A stretch of DNA of 63,355 nt, the filler included, from Conidiobolus incongruus B7586 (Eukaryota), in assembly GCA_000697335.1 (NCBI GenBank). It is 18 parts of 18 records of this genome, joined end to end, with 100 filler letters (N's around TTAATTAATTAA, not from the genome) between each part and the next. Parts side by side here need not be neighbours in the genome. Positions count along the whole stretch, not along the records: positions 53,420 to 54,468 come from JNEM01005786.1; positions 54,569 to 55,995 come from JNEM01005787.1; positions 56,096 to 59,482 come from JNEM01005789.1; positions 59,583 to 61,018 come from JNEM01005790.1; positions 61,119 to 63,355 come from JNEM01005792.1; 13 more parts are not named here. One strand, 5' to 3'. The first letter of the stretch is position 1. Every line of letters begins with the position of its first letter. The translations under genes were made by a program, and so were the position numbers. A model generated the notes under the pieces. The model was not told the origin of the DNA. It worked only from the letters and a program-made list of their open reading frames with translations, and did no database searches. This document shows positions 53,420 to 63,355 of this stretch, piece after piece.

Positions 53420-54468
53420 TAATAATAAAAATTAAAACTTAGTATATTTACCTTCAACTTTTTTAACTTCTTTAAATTTATAGGGTATAAAATCAATTAA
53501 CTTTTTATATTAAAAAAGATTAATTTTGTTTTAAGCTTCTTAAATATATTCCTAAAGCTTATTTAAATTTTATATTGATAGGAAAGCTTTAACTATTTTT
53601 TTAACTAATCCCAAAAATATTTAATTAAATTAAAGTTAAAAGATTAAAGAAATTACTTTATAATTATTATTTAATTATTTCTAAATTATTTGGTAGTAGA
53701 AATAATAATATAACAAAGGGTATTATCTTGTTAGAAAATAACATTTGATTTATTTAACTTATATTATTTAATAGTTTTTTTATTTATTATTTAAAATATT
53801 TTAATATATCTTATTATTAATTCCCTTATTAATTTTACAAAAATAACTTATATTAAAAAATAACATATATTTTTAAATTATAATTAATTAATTATTATAT
53901 TTTTAGGTTAAAATAACATAATAGTTATAAAGTAGTTTTTTGTTTTTTTAAAATATTTAGTATTTTTATTAAATTTACTAAGGTATATTTTTGTTTTATT
54001 AAACTAAATAACCTTACTTTAATTAATTTTAATTCAACTTTAATGGTGACATTTAAACTCTGATCTAATTTTATAATAAGACTTTTTTAATTGGGGGTGT
54101 TTTTTCTTAAGATAGAAGTAATATCTATTATAATATAAAATATATATAATAATATTAATACTAACTAATATTTTTATATAGTCTTATAATTTTTTCTATA
54201 TTTCTATAATAGTATTATATTTATCTGTATTAACTAACCTATAAATATATTTTTTATCATATTTATTTATAATCTTAATATACTTAAGTTTAAGTTTAAA
54301 TATATCTTTACTATAATTTCTAATAGCTTTAACTATAATAAACTAGCTAACACTAGTAATTCCAACAATCTTATAAGTTGATTTATCTTTATTATAAAGT
54401 TGATTAATATATAAATGAATCTTTTTAAAGAGGGATTTAGGTATTTTAATATTAATATTATTTAAAAT
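53420..54468 (-). mobile_element. Tc1 relic, subfamily B
   Basis: Reverse complement of 7292-8330 and 11500-12540; retains TGG GAT after the PIE motif. Confidence 0.9.
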
Positions 54469-54568
54469 NNNNNNNNNNNNNNNNNNNNNNNNNNNNNNNN
54501 NNNNNNNNNNNNTTAATTAATTAANNNNNNNNNNNNNNNNNNNNNNNNNNNNNNNNNNNNNNNNNNNN

Positions 54569-55995
54569 AAAACATATAATAAACTTATATTATTTATTTA
54601 TAATTAAGTATATTTAATCTAATTATATTAACTTTTAGTTGATATATTAAAATTTAAATTTTACCTAAGATAAGTTATAAATTTGTGTATTTTGGTTATA
54701 AAAAGAAAATTAAAACTTAGTATATCTATCTTTTGCTTTCTTAACTTCTTTAAGTTTATAAGGTATAGAGTTAACTAACTTTTTATATTAAGATAGATTA
54801 ATTTTATTCTAAGCTTCTTAAATATATTCCCAAAGCTTATTTAAATTTTTTACTGATAAGAAAGCTTTAACTACTTTTTTAACTAATCCCAAAGTTATTT
54901 AATTAGATTAAGGTTAAGGGATTAAAGAAACTACTTTATAATTATTATTTTATTATTTTTAAACCATTTAATAGTAGAAATAATAGTATAACAAAAGGTA
55001 TTATCTTATTGGAAAATAACATCTGATTTATCTAATTTATATTATTTAATAGTTTTTTTAATTTATTGTTTAGAATATTTTAGTATATTTTAATATCAAT
55101 TCCCCTATTAATTTTACAAAAATACCTTATACTAGAAGATAACATATATCCTTAAACTATAATTAACCTATTATTATATTTTTGGGTTAAAATAACATAA
55201 TGGTTATAAAATAATTCTTTGTTTTTTCTGAAACATTTAACTTTTTTATTAGATCTACTAAAATATATTTTTATTTTATTAAACTAAAATAACTTTACTT
55301 TAATTAATTTTTATTTAACTTTAGTGATGATATTTAAATTCCTACTTAATTTTATATTCAGACTTTTTTAATTAGGGGTGTTTTTTTTAAAATATAAGTA
55401 ATATCTATTATAATATAAAGTATATATAATATTATTAATATTAATTAATATTCTTATATAGTCTTATAATTTTTTTTATATTTTTATAATAGTATTATAT
55501 TTACCTATATTAACTAACTTATAAATATACTTTTTTCATGTTTATTTATAATCTTAACACATTTAAGTGTAAGTTTAGATATATCCTTACTATAATTTTT
55601 TATAGCTTTAATTATAATAGACTAACTAGTATTAGTAATTCCAGCAATCTCATAAGTTGATTTATCTTTATTATAAAGTTGATTAATATATAAATGAATT
55701 TTTTTAAAAAGGGATTTAGATATTTTGATACTAATATTATTTAAAATAATAATTTACAATAATAATTTATAATATTAATATTAATATATATATATATAAT
55801 TTAATAAAAGAAAAAAATATTTAAGTAATTTTTGTTTTATATATCTCTTTAATTTCTAAACCTGCAAATTTATGCCTCACCTTATTTAAAATTTAAGTTT
55901 GATATATTAACCAATAATATATTAAATATAATTAAATATAACCTATTATAATCAGGTAATATACTTTAATTATATACTTTAATTTAAATTAATTT
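54569..55995 (-). mobile_element. Tc1 relic, subfamily B, near full length
   Basis: Reverse complement of ~11262-12710; inner repeats at ~54668-54692 and ~55858-55882; retains TTC CAA in the FQQDN motif. Confidence 0.9.
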
Positions 55996-56095
55996 NNNNN
56001 NNNNNNNNNNNNNNNNNNNNNNNNNNNNNNNNNNNNNNNTTAATTAATTAANNNNNNNNNNNNNNNNNNNNNNNNNNNNNNNNNNNNNNNNNNNN

Positions 56096-56188
56096 TTATT
56101 TTTTAATTATTATATTAATTTTACCTAAAAATATAATAATTAGTTAATTATTATTCAAGGATATATATTGTTTTTAAAGGTAAAATAT
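56096..56188 (+). mobile_element. Tc1 subfamily C internal fragment, host of the LTR insertion
   Basis: Aligns with ~16073-16165 (ATTATATTAATTTTACC.AAAAATATAAT...GTTAATTATTATT..GGATATATATTG); homology stops exactly at the LTR edge. Confidence 0.75.
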
Positions 56189-56769
56189 TATTAAGCTTTC
56201 TAACTAATATTTCTTTATTTAAGTTAAGTAATACATTATAATGATCACTTATTTTATTAATAAGATATATTATATAAGTGAATATTAATACTTTATAAAT
56301 AAACTACAGGTTTAATCTAATGGTAAACCCAAATAGTTACTTAGTTAGTATTATCACATAAAGTATAATCTAAGGTAATATATAAAGGAATAGATTTCTA
56401 AACAAAGCAACAATTGTTTTTTCTTCTAACTTAATTAAAGATAGTAAAAGCTAGCTCTATATTGTTTGATTAATTTTAATTTATTAAATAACAAATTGTT
56501 TATTTAGTAATTATATTAGATATTTCACTCCCTGATATTCTGTCAAAATGAAAAAATAATTTATAATATTATTGATATTGACTATAATAATAATTAAATC
56601 TTTATTAAAACTTATTTGTTTTATCAAAAATAAAGTGTTATTGATAATTAACAACAAAGTATAAATTATTAATATAAAATTAATTGTTTATAACTTAAGA
56701 AAAACAGTCTAATTAACTTAATTAATAATAACTTAAAAGATTACTAATATATTATTTTAAATGGCAATA
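56189..56769 (-). repeat. 3' LTR (581 bp)
   Basis: Ends TATTA...CAATA (= TGTTG...CAACA after transitions); direct repeat of 58991-59482; polypurine tract adjacent at 56770-56781 on the minus strand. Confidence 0.85.
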
Positions 56770-58990
56770 TTATCCCTTTTTAGATGAATTTTTATCTTTG
56801 ATTTTTTAACAAAAAATTATTAATTAATTTTAAAGCATTAATATATTATAATTTAATCAATTAATGTTTTATTATTAGATATCTTTTTTAATAAACTAAA
56901 TAGTGTTTTTTTCATATTTAATTCTTTTGTTTAGAATTTTTTCAATTTTATAAATATCATTAATATTAGTTATAGTTTTAAAAACTTAATTATTATTACT
57001 CTTGATTTTTTTATTAGTGATTTAAATAGGGATAAATAAAAAATATCATGAATCTTTATGTTTTTAGGTAGTTTAACTTTATAAACAATGTTATTAATCT
57101 TCTTTATTATTGGGAATAGTTTTAAAAACTTAATATCTAGTTTTTTATTAAGTTTTATTAAACATAAATTTCAAGTACTAATATAAACTTTCTTGTTACT
57201 TAAATCTATATTAGTGTGTAATTATAGCTTTAAATCATAATATTTTTTGTATTGTTTTTAAGCTTGTTATAGATTCTTTGTTAATTAATCATATAAAGAA
57301 TTTAATTATTTATGATGATTTTCTAATTTTAGAAATTTAGTTGGTATATAGCTAGTAATAAATAAAAGATTATAGTTAGTATATGCTTTAAACAATGTTA
57401 TTTTGATTAATCAATAATATAAATTATTGTAAGAGAATTCTACCATTGGTAATAGTTTAAATATTTAGGTAATTCACTACCTATTTCTTTTAAGAAAACT
57501 TTGTTGAATTTTTTATATTTAATTAATATATTAATATAATTTTTTTTAGTTATATTATATAATTTATTTATCTCTATTTCAAGAAAAAGGATATTCAATA
57601 GTTTTTGTAATTTTTAAGATATTATAATTTATCTATTTTTAAAGTTTAAATAAATAGATAGTTTATTCAAAAATTTTATTCTAAGGATTACTAGTAAAGA
57701 TAATTTAATAATATAAAATTATATAAGAATATTCTATTTTTAAATTGAAATGTTAACTTATTTAGTAATTAGATTATTTTAATTAATTCTTCTTTTATTA
57801 ATAATAAGTATTTTATAATATTATGTATTTTCTTTTATTTGTAACTTATATCTTAATACAAATTCTTTCAACATATAATAATACAAACTACTGATATTAA
57901 TTATACATTGAAGCTTTTTTTTACTTATATTAACTTTAACAAATATATAAGTAATAAATAATGTTGAATAATTTTAGATGGCTGTTAATAGTTTCTAGTT
58001 ATAATAACTAGAATTTGTTTCTTGGTTTATTGAAATATCTTATATTAAAGTTCAATACTGTTTATTTTGTTAATTTTGAAGGAATTTGTAATTTGCCACC
58101 TAGTATTTTAGTTTATTATAATTAAAACATAGATTTTTTTTATTGTTAGATAAATTATTTTTTTAATATCTTAATTTTTCCTTGTTTAATTAGTTGAGTT
58201 TTAGTAGATTGTTTATTTTTTAAGCTATAAGTTAATAATTGTAATTTGTTTTTAGCGTTTATTGCTAGTAATATAGTTTTATGTAATATATCTTAAAGTT
58301 GCTAAGTCTTCAATTTTTATCTAAAATTAAACTATAAATTATCTATAAAATGAAGAATTTATGCTTTAGGGTTTAAGATAAAGTTTCTTGTTGAACTTAT
58401 AAATTAAATACCAAACTTTCTCACCAATTCTTTGATTTTTTACATATATTATTTAACTTATAGGTTAAGTTTGTTGTGTTTAGTTTTATCACCAAAATAT
58501 ATATCAAAATATCTTTTAAATTTATAAAAACTATTCAATAAATTTAGTTTATTTTTTAACATTATTTTTACCTATTTATAAATATTATTCTTTAATAAAT
58601 TTTTCAAAAAGATTACTTTTGAAGAATCTTTAATATAGTTGTTTTGATTCTGATTAATATAGTTTTTTAATTATTATAAAAACTTATAAGTTTCTTTAAT
58701 ATTTCCATTAAAATTAATATTAAAGCTATAATAATAATAAGTAATATAAGTTAGTAATAGGTTAACAGGTATAATTAGGTAGTTTATATTATTAATTTTT
58801 ATTTGTGGTAAGTTATTTATAATTTTCTTTTTTCTAAAATATATTATTAGTTGTATAATTATAGTTAATAATATTATTATAATTATTATTATTATTATGT
58901 AGCAATAAACTAAAATCTAATAAAATATTGTTATAAAAGTAAAAGTTATTATTTCTACTCTTAATTTTATATAAAGGGAGTAAAACATAC

Positions 58991-59482
58991 TATTGAGCTT
59001 ATTAAGTAATGTTTTTTATTTAACTTAAGTGATATATTATAGTATTTACTTATTTTATTAACAAGATATATTATATAAATAAGTATTAATACTTTATAAA
59101 TAAACTATAGGTTGAATCTAATAGTAAACTTAAATAGTTTTTTAGTTAATATTATCGTACAAAGTATTATCTAAAGTAATAATATAAAAGAATAGATTTT
59201 TAAATGGAGCAATATTTATCTTATTTTTGAATTTAAGTAAAGATAACAAAAGCTAACTTTATATTGTTCAATTAATCTTAATATGTTATTTAATAAATTA
59301 TTTATTTAATTATTATATTAGATATTTTACTCTTTGATATTCTATTGAGTAAAAGGGTAATTTATAATATTATTGATGTTAATTATAATGATAGCTAAGT
59401 TTTTACCAAAATTTATTTGTTTTATCAAAAATAAAGTATTATTGATAATTAATAATAAAGTGTAAATTATTAATGCAAAATT
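58991..59482 (-). repeat. 5' LTR (outer end lost in a gap)
   Basis: Begins TATTGAG on the plus strand; collinear with 56189-56682. Confidence 0.85.
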
Positions 59483-59582
59483 NNNNNNNNNNNNNNNNNN
59501 NNNNNNNNNNNNNNNNNNNNNNNNNNTTAATTAATTAANNNNNNNNNNNNNNNNNNNNNNNNNNNNNNNNNNNNNNNNNNNN

Positions 59583-61018
59583 TATTAATTGATATATTAA
59601 AACTAAAAATATATTTAAGGTAAGTTATAAATTTATAGGTTTTAATATTAATAGAAAAATTAATATCTAGTATATCTACCTTTTAGTTTTTTAATTTTTT
59701 TAAGTTTATAACGTATAGAATTAACTAACTTCATATATTAAGCAAGATTAATATTACTCTAAGTTTCTTGAATATACTTTTAAAATTGATCTAAATTGTT
59801 TACTAGGGGGAAAGCTTTAATTGATTTTTTAATTAATCCTAAAGATATTCAATTGGGTTAAAATTAAAAAATTAAAGAGGCTATTTCATAATAGTTATTT
59901 TATTATTTTTAAGCCATTTAATAGTTGAATTTATTATATAACAAGGGTTATTATCTTGTTAGAAAATAATATTTGATTTATTAAACTTATATCACTAAAT
60001 AGTTTTTTCAATTTATTATTTAAAATACTTTAATATATCTGCACATTAATTCCCCTATTAATTTTACAAAAATACCCTATATCTAGAGATAATATATATC
60101 CCTAAATTATAATTAACCTATTATTTTTTTTAGGTTATAATAACAAAATAGTTATAAAATAGTTTTTATTTTTTTTAAAACATCTAGCTTTTTTATTATA
60201 TTAATTAAGATATATTTTTGTTTTATTAAACTAAATAACTTTACTTTAGTTAATTTTAATTTAACTTTAATATTAATATTCAAACTCCCACCTAACTTTA
60301 TAATGAGATTTTTTTAATTAGGGGTATTTTTTTAAAATATAAGTAATATCTATTCTAATATAAAACATATATAATAATATCAGTATTAATTAATATTCTT
60401 TGATAGTTTTATAATTCTTATTATACTTTTATAATAATATTACACTTATCTATAATAACTAATCTATAAATATACTTTTTATCATATTTTTCTATAATCT
60501 TAATATGCTTAAGTTTTAGTTTAGATGTTTTTTTAGCATTATTCTTAATAACCCTAGCTATAGTAGATTAGCTAACATTAGTAATTCTAATAATCTCATA
60601 AGTTAATTTATTTTCATTATAAAGTTGATTAATATGTAAGTAAACTTTTTTAGAGAGAGATTTAAGCATTATAATATTAATTTTAAAATATTAGCTTAAT
60701 AGTTTTATAATATATATAATATAACAAAAGAAAAAAAAGATATATATATAAGTTTTGTTATTTATATCTTTTTAACTTATAAACTTGTAAATTTATAACT
60801 CATTTTGGTTAAATTTTAGGTTTTAATAAATCAACCAATAGTTAATAAAATATAATCAAATATTGTTAATTATAATCAATTAATATAGGAAATTTATATA
60901 ATTTAATTTAAATTTTAGATTTTAATATATCAACCAATAGTTTATGAAATATAATCAAATATTATTAGTTATAATCAACTAATATAAATAAATTATATAT
61001 TTTAATTTAAATTTATTT
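59583..61018 (-). mobile_element. Tc1 relic, subfamily A, with a 99-bp tandem duplication in the 5' subterminal region
   Basis: Reverse complement of the 5868 and 13813 copies; retains AAC CCA ATT GAA and the ATG; CAACCAATAG occurs at 60832 and 60931. Confidence 0.9.
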
Positions 61019-61118
61019 NNNNNNNNNNNNNNNNNNNNNNNNNNNNNNNNNNNNNNNNNNNNTTAATTAATTAANNNNNNNNNNNNNNNNNNNNNNNNNN
61101 NNNNNNNNNNNNNNNNNN

Positions 61119-61503
61119 TTTATATTGCTTTTTTAAATAACTATTAATTAGTTTTTATAGTATAATTGAAAAAGACTTTTTATTTTATATGATAATTATA
61201 AAATAAATAAATATAAAATTATAAAAAACTTTTTAATTAAAAATAACTAGAAAAAACTACTATATTTAATATATTCTTTAGATTATAATTTATATAAATA
61301 TAATTGTTTTAAGTAACTAAATAACCAGTTTATAAGAAAAAAAGTGTTTTATAAAGAAATTTAATTAGTTTATAAAATATTAAATTTTAATCTTTATTAA
61401 AAAGGATTATCTTTTAAGTGTTAGAAATTTATTAAAAATATCACAAAAAGTTATTCAAAAAATGTTATTAATTTTATATTATATGTTTATTTTTATATAT
61501 TAT
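61119..61503 (+). mobile_element. mariner-family relic, 3' part
   Basis: Reverse-complement homologue of ~8998-9370; reads FILYDNYK...FLIKNN*KKLLYLIYSLDYNL. Confidence 0.75.
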
Positions 61504-61924
61504 ATATTAAAATATTTATTTTTTTTCAATCATAACAAATTCCAATTATTTAAATTACAAAATATTAATAAAACAAGTGGATTAAGATAAGGTGAAATAT
61601 TTATAATGGATTGAAATCACTAATCTCAAGTATTATAATAATCAAATTTTAAGACTTAAATTAGATTATATATATTGTATATCCATTATATATACTCAAA
61701 TATTGATAATAGCTTATATTGTTTTAAATATAAATCAATTATAAAAAATCTAGACAAGAATCAAACTACCAATATTATTTAATTCTATCTATCATATTAA
61801 TCAAGAATGGATTTTTTATTAATATCAGGGCCATCATATATAGAATCTATATCATTAATTTTTAAATTTACCTAACAGATTATTCATATTTTAAATTTAT
61901 CTCTACAGAATATTTTCTATCAGT

Positions 61925-62602
61925 ATGTTCTTCTCTAAAATATTTGTCACTATATTCATGATACTTACTTAAATATCACAAGCCATATGCCATTATGAAA
62001 AAAAGCTCCTGTAACTTATCACTACTATCACTGATGCTCCTACAATTGAAACCACCACTACTACCATTGCTGTCGCTTACCCCACTGCTATTTTATCTAC
62101 TCCTTACATCAATTTTCCTCCTAGACCTGAAGCCCCTAAAAAGCCTGCAGCCGCCGCTCACAAAGCCCCAAAGGAAAAGCACCAACTTCAAAATGAAACT
62201 CCTGATATCAGCAACTTACCAGGATCCAACACCAAATTTAGTTCTCAAGTCGTTTTAGATGAAATCAACCAAATTAGAAGTCAAACCGGTAAGATGCCCC
62301 TTAAGTTACATCCTGTCCTCGTACAAGAAGCTTACAACCAAGCTAAATATATGAAATCCATTGACAAGCTGACACATGATTGTCCCACAGGCACCAACAT
62401 GCGCGACAGCTTGGAAAAGCTCGGATTTAAGGCAGGTAACTTGGGTGAAAATATTGTCGTTGGAGCCTTAACAGACCATGTTGTTGTTCACTCTTGGACC
62501 ACTTCCGAAGGTCACTTGAAGAACATACTCGGTGACTGCGACTATATTGGCATTGCTACCGATGAACCTTTTGCCTCTCAAGTCTTAGCTTCTAGTCCTT
62601 GA
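61925..62602 (+). pseudogene. Second secreted CAP/SCP gene with two in-frame TAA stops (61970, 62012)
   Basis: A single frame from ATG 61925 to TGA 62602: signal peptide, T/P-rich linker, CAP domain (VLDEINQIRSQTGKMPL, LTHD, LGENI, SWTTSEGHLKNILG). Paralogue of 1897-2706. Confidence 0.85.
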
Positions 62603-63355
62603 TCAATCTATTACCTTATATTCTTTATTTTTTTATTCAATTTACAATATTATATTCTATACATTATATAGTATATTTATTTATTAATCTTTTAATAAAC
62701 TTACTATAAATATCATTCAAAGATAAATAATATTTTATTTCATTTCAACTGATATTCTAATTATATATTGCATTTTCAGAATATAATATCATTTTCAGTT
62801 TTTTCTAATTTTTCATTCATTGAAGTTACTTTCTATAGATTAATCAAATTATTATCTTTTAATTGAAAAAATGGGATATTTTTTAATTTATAATTTTACA
62901 AATTATTAATTTAAGAAAAATTCATATATTAATATAATAAATAGAAAAATATATAGTTTTGAACCATATATATATAAAGATTTATAAATTCTTTAATTGA
63001 AAAATCAATTTTTGAAAATTTATTATTTAATTATATTAAAATTAAATAATAATTATAAAATGTTATTTGTTTTAATAATAATAAAATTCAACTATAATTT
63101 TTTAAAATTATTTAAGATTTAAAAACAGATTTTAAAGATGATATTTTATTTAAAATAATTTTTTAATTCTATTTATATTATTTCAAACCTAAAAATAAAT
63201 TTATTTAAAATTAAAATCTAAAGAACTATTTCAATTTATTTTCATTTTAATTATTAATAATATAAAAAAATTGTATATATTAGATTACTTAAAATTATAA
63301 TATATAATTTAAGTATATTATTTAATAATAAATTAATATATTTAAATATATTTAA

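Larger units (their letters stand above)
56189..59482 (-). mobile_element. Ty3/Gypsy chromovirus, internally deleted (gag-PR-[no RT/RH]-IN C-terminus-chromodomain)
   Basis: Minus strand reads gag FNGN..FL**LKNY...KVIFLKNLL..W...FGD (~58712-58488); protease IINISS (=IIDTGS) ~57905 and VILRIKFL; integrase LLPMVEFSYNN (~57460-57423); GPF module KKLDIKFL..FPIIKKI..YKVKLP..KIHDIF; chromodomain YKIEKILNKR..HYLVY*KRY (~56952-56878). PPT AAAAAGGGATAA abuts the 3' LTR. Confidence 0.88.

Noticed and set aside
56189..56700. YLGLPLD on the minus strand suggesting LINE reverse transcriptase
   Set aside because: It lies within the LTR direct repeat, which is bounded by TG..CA-derived ends, a PPT and a PBS; no other RT motifs are present.
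61925..62602. TAA/TAG reassigned to Gln as an explanation for in-frame stops
   Set aside because: Conserved genes here (enolase, YDJ1, the kinases) end at TAA in the expected place and have no internal stops; the stops co-occur with other C->T damage.

Overview
Very AT-rich eukaryotic DNA, almost certainly fungal: it has short ~50-65 nt GT-AG introns, fungal-type kinases, Ydj1 and a mitochondrial rescue factor. The overall style suggests an early-diverging lineage such as Entomophthoromycotina/Conidiobolus, but that is inference only. The window is a scaffold of 18 contigs joined by 17 artificial 100-nt gaps (N-run + TTAATTAATTAA + N-run), so adjacency across gaps is unverified. Genes: a secreted CAP/SCP protein, tRNA-Gly(TCC), a Ran1/Pat1-family kinase, a secreted S28 peptidase plus a decayed tandem paralogue, an orphan 135-aa ORF, YDJ1, enolase (5' end lost in a gap), two paralogous small secreted proteins, a Cla4-type PAK kinase (9 exons), a GGQ mitochondrial release/rescue factor with an apparent GG-AG intron, a domesticated CENP-B/pogo HTH protein, and a second CAP gene killed by two TAA stops. 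Much of the 'intergenic' DNA is invisible to the ORF track but consists of transposon relics: about 12 copies or fragments of a DD34E Tc1 family (3 subfamilies, one full length with TIRs and TA TSD), a DD34D mariner family, and an internally deleted chromovirus with a Tf1-type self-priming PBS nested in a Tc1. Every repeat copy is independently saturated with C->T/G->A changes (CAA->TAA, TGG->TAG, ATG->ATA), and the same signature hits duplicated host genes. This points to a RIP-like repeat-mutation system in what appears to be a non-Dikarya fungus, and is the main finding.
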